The translations under genes were made by a program, and so were the position numbers. Below the pieces are notes generated by a model. The model did no database searches. It was not told the DNA's origin and saw nothing but the letters and a program-made list of their open reading frames with translations. Positions 52,201-64,000 of a stretch of 64,000 nt of DNA are shown piece after piece; positions within the stretch are counted from its first letter, which is position 1, and every line of letters begins with the position of its first letter. Source of the stretch: Psammoneis japonica (taxonomy: Eukaryota); contig QPGO01000011.1 of NCBI GenBank assembly GCA_008632985.1, positions 372,001 to 436,000 of the forward strand, in the 5' to 3' direction.

Positions 52201-54199
52201 GGTGGTGTGAAATCAATGAAGACTGTTTGAATTTAATGAGCTTCACCCCTCATTTAAGGAACCAAAACCCAACGGAACAATTTGACCCCCTCGTTAAACC
52301 CACCTCTGATGCACCTGCAATCAGAGTGCACCTGTCTGGTGAACGCCTTTTACAATCATTAAATTTGAGATCTGGGGATCATTTGTGGTCAATGTCACAA
52401 TCACACTCTGCAATTTAAGAGCCCTGTTTTTTTTTTCTCCCCCCTTTCATTGCTTCAACTGACACATCTTTGTTGTCCCACAACTGTCTCCTGTGACACC
52501 ACCAATCAACAATCGTCACCCATGTTTCAGGACAATTTTTCTCACCAGTCATGCACCCACCCCCCCCCTGCCCGCCCAACTGCTTGTCTTGCACCCTGCA
52601 ACACAACCGCCCAGCCCACAAACACCAGTGTTCCTCCCTCCGCACCCATGGTTGCCCAAGTCTGCGCGCAACTTTAAATCTGTTGGCAAATTGCAATGCT
52701 TTGGAGCTTGTGGCATTGTCGGCATTGTTGTTGTGTGCGACAGATTTTTGATGTTTCGTTTCAATCGGAATCATTCAAAAATGTCTCAAGAGTCACAGCT
52801 GGCATTTCACATGAGGAAAAATGCCAAATTGTGCAGAAATGCACACAATGTCATGCAAGAGGGTAATCAGAGCCAGTGACTTTTTGGGAACTCAATTGAA
52901 ATGTCATCTGACCAAAGGTGTTTTGATTTACATTGTGAAGAGCAGCGCCTTTGGTCAGATGACATTTCAATTGATTTCCCGAGAAGTTGACATTTGAGTG
53001 CAGAAGGTCGGACAGACTGACAACAATTGTTTCTGGAGCTCTTCCACACAAGTTCTGTGCAATGACTCTGAAAGCCGCAATGACTCCCATTGTTTGGATT
53101 TTTGTGCAATGTTGGCTTTTCTGCCTTTTACAAACAGGTGCACATCTTTCTGACTGCCTGAACATGCGGCAAGTTGCTGCAGGGCCCCTGCCACTGGCTG
53201 CTAGCCACAGCAGCTGCTGCCACTCTGGCTGGAGCCAGCAGCTCTAGCCACTGCCAGAGAGCGGTCATCCGCACTTGCAAGTGGCGTGATGTCATGTGTG
53301 TGACATTCCTGGCCACGGCAATCCTGGTGCTGATTCTACAAGATGTCACATGAAATGTCACATTTTTGGGTGAAAAACAGTGTGCCGGCGATTGATTTGT
53401 GGCCTGTTCCAGCTCCAGGTGCTCCGCGTGGGTTCGATTCCCATCATTTGGAAATTTGTGCATTTGGCGCAATTGACTTTTTCAAAATCCGTTTTTTGCC
53501 AAATCGAAGGGCAAGTGCACACTTTACATGTATTTTCGGGTGAACACTTGCCTTTCGATTTTCGAAACGATCAAAATTGAAGAAGAATTTTGTTCCAAAG
53601 TCACATTTTAAAACAGAAGAGGAGACACACGCAACAGCAGTGGTCCGTGCACATGAAGAAAAGGTTGCAGATGAAACAAAAAATCAAGTGCATTCTCCAA
53701 TCCACCCATGGTGGTCTGCTGAACTCAAGAGGCACAATCTTGATGGTGACTCAAAGCTTGCGCAATGCCGCAAAGCTCACTGTGCAATCAAGAAACTTGG
53801 AACACTGCCGCATGAGATCAATCTCAAGCAGGCAGAAATCTCATCAAAATGCAGCGAGCTGAAGGCTGAAGCTCAGATTCAAAAACCAGACTGGGAGAAG
53901 CTTGTGGCTGATGAGTGCAACAATCATTCTGCGGGCGACTCGGCAAATCAAGAAAGCCAACAAGCGACTGATGTCCAAAACAGCTTCGCGTTGCTGCTGG
54001 CATGAGAAGTGGCTTTGTGTTGACTGCTGGTGTGAGACTCACATTGTTCATGCAGACTCACATCATTCATGTCAAGACAAAACTGACGACAGTGAAGCAA
54101 AGTGACTGCCTCCAGTTTCAAGACAAGAGTTGCTGCCATCATTTTTTAAAGCCAGTTCGGACAACCACTGGCACCTTGACCGCATTGCGTTGGCTTGTT

Positions 54200-55600
54200 G
54201 TGTGGTGATGGCCAAGGCCATCACAGGCATTTTGGAAAAGAATGGCCAAAACTCAAAAATTTGGTCTTTGTTATCTTCACTTGCAAGACAATTCTGTTCA
54301 TTTCCCTCCGCAACGCACTTGAGCAATTCCACAAGACACTCCCATTGACCAACATTTCAAACAACGGCAATGTTGGCACCACAACAAGAAGCCCCACTGA
54401 GCAGCCCAGCGGCGAATGCTGTGGGACGTGTGTGACAGCCCAGCAGCTTGCAAATGTGCCTCTTGAGCTGCTTGTTCCAAGCAAGACTGGCCACACAAAA
54501 AGGTGCCAGCGGAGCTCGAAACAGCTCGAATGGTCGATTTTCAGGTGTGGACACCGATCGAAAGCTCTCGTCAAGCGCTTTCCAGCCATGCATGTGTTGT
54601 TTGTCAATTCCCATTTCCCAATGAATGAAGGCCGGTCAAACATTTCAATGGTCAAAATGATTTGTTGTAAAATGTGTTTGCACATTTGGAGCTGTTGTTT
54701 GTCACGCGATTGCGTTCTGCGCGCTTTTTCTCAACAAATGTTTTGGGAGCTCGAGAGCGCCTGTCAGCACCTTTTTATGTGGCCAGTCTTAAGTTTGCTC
54801 CAAAATGAAAAAAAATGCTGGAGCACCCGACTTCCTTGTTTCGACTTCACCACGACAATGCCGTTCCTCAAGTGTCCAAGTCACTGGGTTGCATTTCAAG
54901 TTTTTTGGATTGTGACAAATTCGAATGTGGTGCAGATTCCCAATGTTTGTTGCTTTCCTGCCCTTCCAGTTGACAAAAGAAACATTCAAGTGCCAAGGCG
55001 TCCCATCCTTTGGCCAATTTGCAGTCAACGACCCAGGAGGCAGAGTTGTCTTTGACGCCAAAGGACAGTGCTCAGACACATCTGATGCACGTCGAACAAC
55101 AGAGAGCTGGCCAAGTGGCCTCAACCAAATGCGAACCTTTTTCGTTCGAGAAAGGCCTGGAGTTTGTCGCCAGAGCTGATCCCAAGCCTTGGGGGCAGAA
55201 AAACCTTGAGATCAAAAGCTTCAGCATGCACAACATCCTCCTCCTCTTCATGTGATTCCAACACCTTTTTAATCTCAGCAGTGTGATCCAGACCCTTTGA
55301 GTGTGTGAAAACTCAATCAATGCACACGAGAATGAATTGAGCTCAAGTGACATCGTTCCATGCTTCAAACTCCTGCCAACAGGAGCCCCATCTTGCAAGC
55401 ACTTCATGTGAGACAGAGTGGACTTTCTCGCGGTGGCTCCAACTTCTGTCTCATTGGAACAACTGATGGGTTGATGTGAAGATCTTCTGTTTTTTGGAGC
55501 AATCCATTCAGATGCTGTGTGTGTGGATCACTCGGCAATTTTGCCTTCAAAAAGCACTCAAAATTGCTCTGGTGCAACACACAGCTGCTGACAAGAGCCA
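54200..55600 (-). mobile_element. Crypton-like tyrosine recombinase pseudogene
   Basis: RASDVSEHCP (first catalytic Arg region), SHSIRRWAAQWG (HxxR, ~54409-54423), NVGQWE (GRW-like), LLKCVAEG (position of catalytic Tyr), DQIFEFWPF. Confidence 0.7.
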
Positions 55601-56020
55601 ATGCATCACGGCGACGTGTTGCAGCCTTTAAATGTCACAAAGGGCATGACAAAATAACCTTTTGTCTGCATGCATGCTGCACCATGAATTTGCAGCGGAG
55701 TGGTTCATCGCAACCATCAGGCAGGAGGCCAGGGGTTCGAAACCCTGAGTGGGAGTTGTCTGCAGCAACGTTGATCACTGTCGAACGTGTAAAACTCTGT
55801 GCAGTTCTGCACGCTCCTTCGCACGCACCCACACTGTTCCGCCAAAACCATGCAGTGACAGTGCACATTGGTAAAGAGCCGTGTGGACGCGTGACACATG
55901 GGGAGGAGTGCAACATGCAGCCACCAACAAGAGTTGATGCATCACGGCGACGTGTCACAGCCTTTAAATGTCACAAAGGGCGTGACAAAATGACCTTTTG
56001 TCTGCATGCATGCTGCACTG
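55591..56020. repeat. ~94-bp direct repeat pair (55591-55684, 55927-56020)
   Basis: GCATCACGGCGACGTG..GCCTTTAAATGTCACAAAGGG..CCTTTTGTCTGCATGCATGCTGCAC occurs twice. Confidence 0.85.
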
Positions 56021-56379
56021 GGTCATGGCCCGAACCGCGTGTTTCTTGGGCTTGTGCTGGGTGGAGCTCACATGCACCCTCGTTTCTTGAAATGGAGGGT
56101 TTGATGTCTCACATGCTTCGAGCTGAATCCCATTTCTTGTCATTGACATTGTGCAACAGAGTCCCACATGCCCTTTCATCTGCCGCTGTCATTTTGGCAT
56201 CTCCGCACAACTCAATTCAGCTCAATTCAATCCCAAAAATTGCACAGCCTTCTTTGGCTGCAGCCCATGACAAGCTTTTGCAATGTCTGACATGCCTTTC
56301 AATCCACAACCATGGACAGGGGCAGAGCGTGTGCGCATGACAAAACATGCACATTTCCGCATTTGTGGTTGTGGACGGA

Positions 56380-59300
56380 GACACTGCAACAACTGACAGT
56401 CCTTGGAGCATCAGTCAGTGTCCAGAGATGCAATTGCCAGTCTTGCAACTGACGCTGCTTCAAGCCAATGCCTCTTGCAGCCCTGGTCTTCTGCCAGAAC
56501 CTGTTCCACTGGCTGGCCATCTAGATGGATGGTGGTGAGGGACGGGATTGTTGCAGAAGAGGCCGCATTCTTCCTCGACCTTCCTGTCTAAAATGCTGTT
56601 GATCTGCAGCAAAGTTTCCGACATTTCTGATTCATCTGCTTTCTTCCTGTGCCTCCACACATCCCATGCGATGTTCCACAGCTGCGCTGTCAGCCCTGAA
56701 ACCCACCGCAATCCTGTGTTCTTCCTGTCCAAGTGCAAACAGTGGGCTTGTTGAGCTTGTGCCCATTCCACTGCCAGGAATCCTCTTGCAAAGGAACTCT
56801 CGCCCAGAGATTCTTGTGCTGTGCAAGCTGAGCTCAGCAAGGAGTGGTCTGACTGAGGGGCGGTTGCTGGAATTTCGTCATGCCATGAAGACAAGAGATG
56901 AAGCATTCCCTTTTTTGTCTCTGGGTGCGTGCACTGTTTTGTCATCCATTCTTCAAGATCTGACAGTTTTTTGTTCCAAACTTCCTGTGCTGAGAATGCT
57001 TTGCACCTGAGAATGTGGTCTGTGTTGTTCTCTTCCTTGCCACATCTTGGACAAGCACTTGTTTCAATCTTGTGCCAACGGCAAAGGTCGCGCTTTGTCA
57101 GAACAAAGCCCGAGGACCATTTGGGTTGCCAGAGACGCCTGAAGGTGGGGCTTCCATTCATGGCCTTTCCAAGTGCTGCCCAATCAATTTCCTCACAAAC
57201 TGGTTCCGACCCGAGCTTCTTCCTCCAATGTCCATCTGTGGGTGATCCGCAAATGTGGTCCAGCAGGGCCTGCTTGTCCCAATTCGACTGCACTGCTCCG
57301 TTGATGGAGATGTTCCACACTGGTGGTTTTGTTTCATGGCACTTGAAGGTGTCAATCCCATTCAGAGCTTCCCAGCGCACTTTGGCCAGCAGATCCATTT
57401 CCACGTTCAGCACCTCCAGGTGTGTCAATTCTCCCAGGTCAACTTCTCTGTCTCCATGTCCTTGATTTTGGTGGGAACCACAATTGTTGGGAGGTCCTGC
57501 AGCATTTGGTGGATTGGATGAATCAAATCACAGTGTGATTGCCTTTGGTCATCACATTCATTGTAGAAACATGTTCAGAGTGCAGAGCCACAGTCACAGC
57601 CAAGAGTGACTTTTCCCACAGCAATGTTGCAGGCTCTGCACAATTGCAGCAGTTTCTTCAGAATTCCACAGATGCCTCCCAGTTCTCCCCCACAAGCACT
57701 TGGGTCATCCTTGCATCCTGGGGTCTGGTGTGCTCCTCAATGCCTGTGTGGATGTCCTTCTGCTGGCAACAAAATCATTGCTCCCATTGCGATTGAGTCC
57801 TTGAAGGAGCCGTCAGTCACCCCGATCGCCGTTCCTGCTGTGATGCCTTCCACCAATGCTTTCTCTGGTGGTTGGAGTTTGCATGGGATGCACGACCATT
57901 CTGCTTCTTCTGGGTGAGGACCATCCTGAACTGCTGTTTTGCAGCCTGCAGGACTCACTGATGATCTTGAGTGAACTGCTCATGCAGGAAGTGCATCTTC
58001 TGGGCTTCTGGGAGCATTGGAGCTGAGCAAGTTAAATGCAGCATTGCTTCCTTTGACTGCGTCTTTGTGGAAGTCTGGTGCAGCAGTCAATTGCACCTTC
58101 CACTTGCTTGTAGACTCCATCATCCAGCTGGAATGGAGCCACTTGGAGCGAACTGTTGTCCACTTGCCCAGACGTCTTTGCAGTGTTGGGTGTTGATTTC
58201 GTCCTGCACAGAAAGATGACAAGTGTGCAGGTTTCTTGCCAGAGGCACCAGCAAGCTGCTGAAGGGCATCCTTCCCTTGGCCATTCACAGCAGCTGTTGC
58301 ATTGGTTCTTCCCATTCCAGTGGTGTGGCAGAATTCTCCGTCCGCCCCCACTCGCAACATCCGAAATGCACATTGCATGCATCCACATTCTGCAGTTGTC
58401 AATTTTTTGGAGTTGCTCCCCTTTGCATCCGAACTCTGAGAATTGTTCCACAAATCACCGTCCATTGCTGGGTCCAATGCTGGATGCGGAGACCAAAGTT
58501 GAGTGTCATGCTTGCAGCAGAACCTCCAGAGAGACTCAATCCATGGGGTGTTGCCAGTTTCTCACATGTTTTGTAATTTGCCGTGAAGAGCGTTGTCTGA
58601 ATGCCCACCTCCAGTGCTGTAATTCACAGACTGCCTGCATCTCTTTGCCTGTCATGGATGGAGCATCTGCATGTTGCAAGAAGGTTTCCAGTTTCAGCAG
58701 TCCCTGTGCTGCATGAATCTCCATGACTCCAAGTCTGTTGAATTTCTGAGGGGCATGCAACACCTTTTTCAGAAAGAACCAGGGACAGCCGAGTGACGGC
58801 AATGCCATCTCCATCAGCGGTTTTTTGATTTCTTTTCTTGTGAGAGAGGTGGCCGCCAGTGGACATTTGACAGACTTTGACATTCCTCCCACCAATGAGA
58901 GCCACACTTCGCTGCGGTTTAAATGTCTGCTGCACATCTGATCGGCCCAACATGCCACCTTGTCACACAGAGCCTCCACCTGAGCCGCTGCAGAGCCATC
59001 CATGGCAATCCATGCCCCAAGAGTTTCCCTTGCCTCGGTTGCTTCTAGTCTGTCAACCAGCACTTGATCGCCCTGGTGGTCCAATGTCATCATGTTCCCC
59101 GGAGTCTCCTTGATCGATTGGTGGTGCCACCTGTTGTTTTTCCAGACAAAGGAGGCAAGGCACCAAAAACTCTTTTCTGGAACCAGAGCTCCTCCTGTTG
59201 CTTGCATGCCTCCCTCCCAGCAGTCTGTCATTGATTGAAGTCCCAAGACAACTTCTTGGCAGGTTGTGTCCGCATGCTCCGGTAAAATGGAAGATCTGTG

Positions 59301-62300
59301 TCATCCACAAAGGCATGACAAATGTGGTGGAAGACTTGATGAGTGATTGGGGTTGCCGCTTTCACTCCACATCTTTCTGCATGCAGCACATTTGTTGCTT
59401 GTGCGCTGATGAGGAGGAGCCAGATTGCCGGAGCAGCTCCATGACCTTGGAAGATGCCTTGCAGGGGAATTTCTGGTGCAGCGCATGCTGTTTCGGAGTC
59501 TCCGCAGGCCGTTTGGATGCAATGCTGCATTTGTTGCAATGTGCCCAGGTGAAGACCAAGTCCTCTCCTGCTCCATAAAATCTCATGCATGTTGTGGCGA
59601 CAGTGTGCAAGATCCTGTCGCAGCACCATGATTTTGCATCCACGCTGTTTGCAGCACCTGCTTTGTGAAGCAACCGGAACATGTCGTCGGTTGGCACCTT
59701 GTCAAGAGCACAGTGCATGGCTCTGTGTCTTTGCCTGCTGCCGCGTGCTTCCCATGGAATCATCTTGCATGTTTCAGCTTGTCAAGCCAGTGCCCATCTG
59801 CAGCGCTTGTTCATCTGATTGAACACTGCATTGAAGAGGACCACTGTGTGCAATTTCTTCACATGGGACGAATGCAATTTCTTGGGAATCATGACGTCCA
59901 CAGCTTTGGTCCAGCTTGAGGTGCATGCTCATGCTTTTCTGGAATGGCTGCCAACATTGCATCAAAGAGGACCATTGTGTGTAATTTCTTCACATGGGAT
60001 GAATCCAATTTCTTGGGAATCATGACGTCCACAGCTTTGGCCCAGCTTCAAGGTGCATGCCCATGCTTCGCTGGAATGGCTGCCACACATGCATCAAATT
60101 CTGCAATCATTGGATTTTGGGACCCGGCTTTGCAGTCTGAAAAGGACGGTCCAAATGGACTGCTGGATGCTTGTGCTCTCATTTTCTTCCACCTCGAAAT
60201 GTGCTCTTCTGTGGTGCACTGCAGTCCAAGTTATGGTGCTGGAGGATCAGGACATTTCAACTGGTGTGGAAACTTGGCTGCACATTGTCAGTTCCCGGTG
60301 GGGTTTGGCATGTTCCCGCTAGAACCTCTTTGGCTGCAGTTGTGTCTGCAAGATGGCCAAAATCAGACAGCAGTGGTTCCTTCACAAAAGGCACCTTGCA
60401 TCCTTTTTTGAAGGTTTGTCCATGACGGGAGGTGCCCTTGCTGCTGCACACCCTTTCCATGTCATTCTTTGTGAAATGCTCTCGTTTGTTTCCTGAACTG
60501 TCTTGTGCCATGATGAATTGAAGAGCTGGTCTTGCTTTTCCTGTTGCTTGTTTTATCTGTCTGAATGCTTTCTTTTGGCGGCACGCATGACTTGGGATTC
60601 TCTCCTCCTGTTTGACTGAAGCTCCGTTCTGCTCCACTCTTGTTGCACACTTTGTTTGAAACTCTTCTTGTGTAGATCCTTGGCCTTCTTTTTCAGTTTA
60701 CAGCACCTCCTCATTGCCTGGAGATGCTGTTCCTCCAGTTGTTAGGATGAAAAGACAGTGCATCCTTCCTGCCAGTGAATGACATCCTCCTCCTGATCAT
60801 CTTCAGGCATGCCCGGCAGTTGCTATGAAGTTTGTCAACCATTCTCCACAAGTGCATCTCCTTGCGTGCCTCAGACATGACGTCACTTGACTCCACTTCA
60901 TTCATGTGGAGTTTCCTGCATTTTTCTTTAGCCTGAGCTCAGATTTGTGCATCTTCCTGAAATGGGGATTCACACTCCACTTGTTTGCTGTGGTCAAAGG
61001 AGTGTGCATTTTCCAAAGAGATTGCTCTTTCCAAGAAGTTGCCTTCTGTCACAGCGTTCTCCACCCATTTGTTGTGTTTCTTTGTGACCTTGAGTCACCA
61101 AGTTTTCCTGCCAGTCTGTCAATCTGAAGATCTGACAATGGAGGGGATGTGCATCCAAACATGCTTGACTTGACCACATCAATCCACAAAAGTGATGATC
61201 CAAGGAGTGGTCGAATTCTCCAAATCCCGACATTCCAGCTTTTTGCACATTGAGGGCCCGTGAGATTGGAGTCGTGTCCATTTGCACTTCAGACCTGTGT
61301 GGCTGCCGCGCATTCAAATCCGGGTGTGATTGGATCATTGCATCTTGCAATTCAAGAGACGACCCTCTCACATTCTCATTGAAGTCTCCACCAAGAATTG
61401 TCAGATCCCCGGCTTGCTGCCATCTTTTGACATTGTTGGCTGGATCTTCCAGGAGCACTTGTCGTGGGCATCTGAAGTCCTTCTTTGAGAGGAGAAATGT
61501 TTCCTGTTGTGAACAAACTCTTCCGGGGTTGGCACAGCTATCCTTTGTCAGCCGGCAAGTCATGATGATTTGTGTGTGAATTCCTCTGGATCTTGGATCT
61601 TCTTGCGCATCAAACACTCTCACAGAGTTGTCTGCCGTTGTCCTTTCCTGTGGCATTTGTTGTCTAATTTGGCACAAAGCCATGCTCCATCTTCCCAATG
61701 ACTTGATTGCAGAAGAAGTGTTGTCTCTGACAGAGCTCGTCGATGTCTTTTTTAACATCATCCGGAGCGGTTTGCACAGCAGGTGAAGAGCAACATGGCA
61801 CATGCCTCATGGCAAGTCCCAAAACTTTCTTCTTCGTTCCTGCTCTCCAGAGCTTCTCTGCTGTGACTTTTGCTTGGAATGTGTGGCGAGACTCCACGAT
61901 CATGTGCAGCGCTTCTGGGTTGGCTGGGGGGTTCTCACGGTCGAACGTTGGATTTTTCCATTTGGTGTGGCGATCAAATGCCATTGCAGTCCTGGGCATT
62001 CGCGTTTGTGTTCTAAGCCAAGAGCTGTGTGGATTTGGTGGTGGAGGGTCCTCTCATTCACAGTCTTGGTGCTCACACATGACCATCTGACACACTCGGA
62101 GCGGGCAGACTGACAAGGTGTCGGATTGCGGGTGACGGAAAACCTTCCTTCCTCGATGTTGTCAATGGCTCCAAGTGGCCCATTTCCACATTTGCATTGT
62201 TTGGTGGTTGGATCTTCTTCTTCTCCAAAGGTCATGAACCAAATCTGAAGCACATGGTGTGTTTTTTGTTTGGGGGAGGGCTCAAGCAATTTGCGCCAAG

Positions 62301-63700
62301 GAACATGCTCAAGTTCTCACGATCTTGTGCTTTTCCGTCCGGTGCATTGTCTGGAGCAAGCCAAGGTTTGAAGTCATTCTCTGGCTCGGATCCCATGGTC
62401 CAATGGCCACGTTCTTGCTGAGAATCATTTGGATCACTTCCAGAGCTTGTTTGCAACAGTTGCAGCTGTTTTGAGTGGTTTTTCCATGGGAGGGATGGCG
62501 AGGAATGCGTTGCAGCAGATGTCACAATGTTCGACTTCTTGCTCGTCTTCTTTCACAGATTCTGTTTCTTCATTTCCTTTTCTTCCTGCACAGGTTCCGA
62601 CTTGTCCCTGGTGATTTGTGACTTTTCTGTTCCTGTTTCGTCATTGTCAGAGGAGACATCTCCCTCCTCCTGAATTGTTGACGAATCCATGTGGTTTTTG
62701 CTTGTTGGATTTTCGGTCGGATCATCCTCCATGTCCTTGAGCAGTTCTTTGTCATCAGAGGGTTCACCAGTGTCAGAGTCTTCTAAGACTTCTAGTTGAT
62801 GAAAAATGTCTTGAGCAAATCCATCATCCCAGGTCTGCTCTTCTTCATCTTTGTCATCTTTCATGTGTTCTTCATCTTTAAGAATGTCCGTTTCATCTTC
62901 GGAGTGTGTCATTTTTGTCTTGCTTCTGGCGTTGTGGTCATGAATTTGCAGCGCAGCAAGGTTTTCTGTGGCGCATGTTTTTTCTGCAGAATTTGCACCG
63001 GGGTTCTGCGGTGGTTGGAGACCCACCATGTCTCTTGTTCTCGTCATTTGCTGCTTCTGTTGGAGAATTTGCTTGACCATTTTGTCCTTTTCCTCTTTTC
63101 TTGTCGGCACCTTTGTGTGGTGAGTTGTTCTTTTTACTGCCGGAGGTGCGTCGTTTGTTGTTTGCCATGGGGCAATTTTTTTAGCTTGGTGTTTGCACGC
63201 ACGTGCGAGTTGTGGCATCTCCACACATCATTGTGCCGCGTCAGAAACCATGCGGAGTCGATGCTCATGACCAACATGCAAATGCCTTTGCCCATTTTCG
63301 TCATGTGCAGAAGGGGCTCGGGCACCAAACCTTCCCTGGTGCCTCGCCTTTTTCTTCGGGCACACCATTTTCTTGCTCTTTTTGTGATGATGGAGACCTG
63401 TTGGCACACACCGCCCAGCGCACTCAGTCATGCCCCCCCAACAAGCCAGGGGCTGCGAACAATTCCACGAAAACACCTTCGACATTCTCAATGGCAAAGC
63501 CAATGATTTGGGGAGAAGCCAAGCTTGAGCCGAGAAGGCCATTTCTGCCATCAAAACCGTCAAGTGGGCGCACCACAGTTCTCGGCCGGCTTGTTTTCTG
63601 CGTGACCTGGTGCAACCCAAACTTGTGCAGGTTCAGCGCATTTTGCCCTGTGGAACAACTTTTGGGAGTGTTTTCTGGCTCGCGGCTCAAAACAACACGC
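56380..63700 (-). mobile_element. Non-LTR (LINE) retrotransposon, decayed: ORF1, APE endonuclease, RT, RNase H, CCHC
   Basis: GDLTILGGDFNE and LDH (endonuclease, ~61200-61420); SVDAKS..DRILH, QGIFQGHGAAPAIW, HAFVDDTDL, ATGGALVPEKSFW (RT); AIGVTDGSFKD (RNase H); CPRCGKEENNTDHILRC. Confidence 0.9.
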
Positions 63701-64000
63701 AAAATAACACGGACGATGGCGTTTCGCTGATTTCAAAAATGCGGTTGTAGTGTACGGTGCTCTCAATGGAACATCACACGTGGCCGATCAATCAAGAAAA
63801 CTGACGGACAGACTACTCTTTCTTACTCAGTAGCTAACACTGTAGTGTAGAGTAAGGCTAAGTGCCGGTAGACTACTACTACTGCATGCTACCTATGCCC
63901 GCCGGCCTCCCGAAGGAATTCTGCGCGTCGTCGCTCGCTTCACGACGTTGCTCATTGCTCATCGCTGATGATAACGCCGCAACCCGCAACAACATCATCT

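Noticed and set aside
18203..63700. Hundreds of overlapping Cys/His/Met-rich ORFs in all six frames
   Set aside because: Artefact of TpA loss: TAA/TAG stops and Tyr codons are removed, lengthening spurious ORFs. They are not real Cys-rich genes.
18203..63700. Alternative genetic code or TA-avoiding codon usage as the explanation for Tyr-free proteins
   Set aside because: Non-coding LTRs, TIRs and TSDs show the same change, the frames are broken by stops and frameshifts, and neighbouring genes use TAY/TAA/TAG normally.
27300..63700. Classical RIP or CpG methylation alone
   Set aside because: RIP would increase TpA. CpG decay explains the Arg->His/Cys/Trp/Gln changes but not Tyr->Cys/His or TA->TG/CA between copies.

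Overview
Eukaryotic DNA with short GT-AG introns, probably from a diatom (inferred from diatom-type Copia/Gypsy/LINE elements and secreted proteins with RxL motifs). There is a compact gene block at ~4.2-16.3 kb: a hypothetical gene, SEC11, a large SET-Tudor-KH-cyclin-pseudoCDK fusion, a TMEM164-like gene, GPI8 and a coiled-coil protein. Small intact gene islands lie at ~25.5-26.1 kb (silaffin-like KSP-repeat protein), ~40-41.2 kb and ~43.3-44 kb. The rest is nested, decayed transposons (foldback/MITEs, TTAA-flanked Kolobok-like elements, Gypsy, Tc1/IS630-like, Plavaka-like, Copia, Crypton-like tyrosine recombinase, LINE) plus a pyruvate kinase pseudogene, with one 827-nt N gap. The dominant signal is that the repeat blocks are almost free of TpA. 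TpA has been converted to TpG/CpA (A:T->G:C on both strands; conserved Tyr codons read Cys or His), on top of ordinary CpG->TpG/CpA decay. This looks like a repeat-targeted, DNA-level adenine hypermutation process running opposite to fungal RIP. All family assignments come from recognising motifs by eye; no searches were run.
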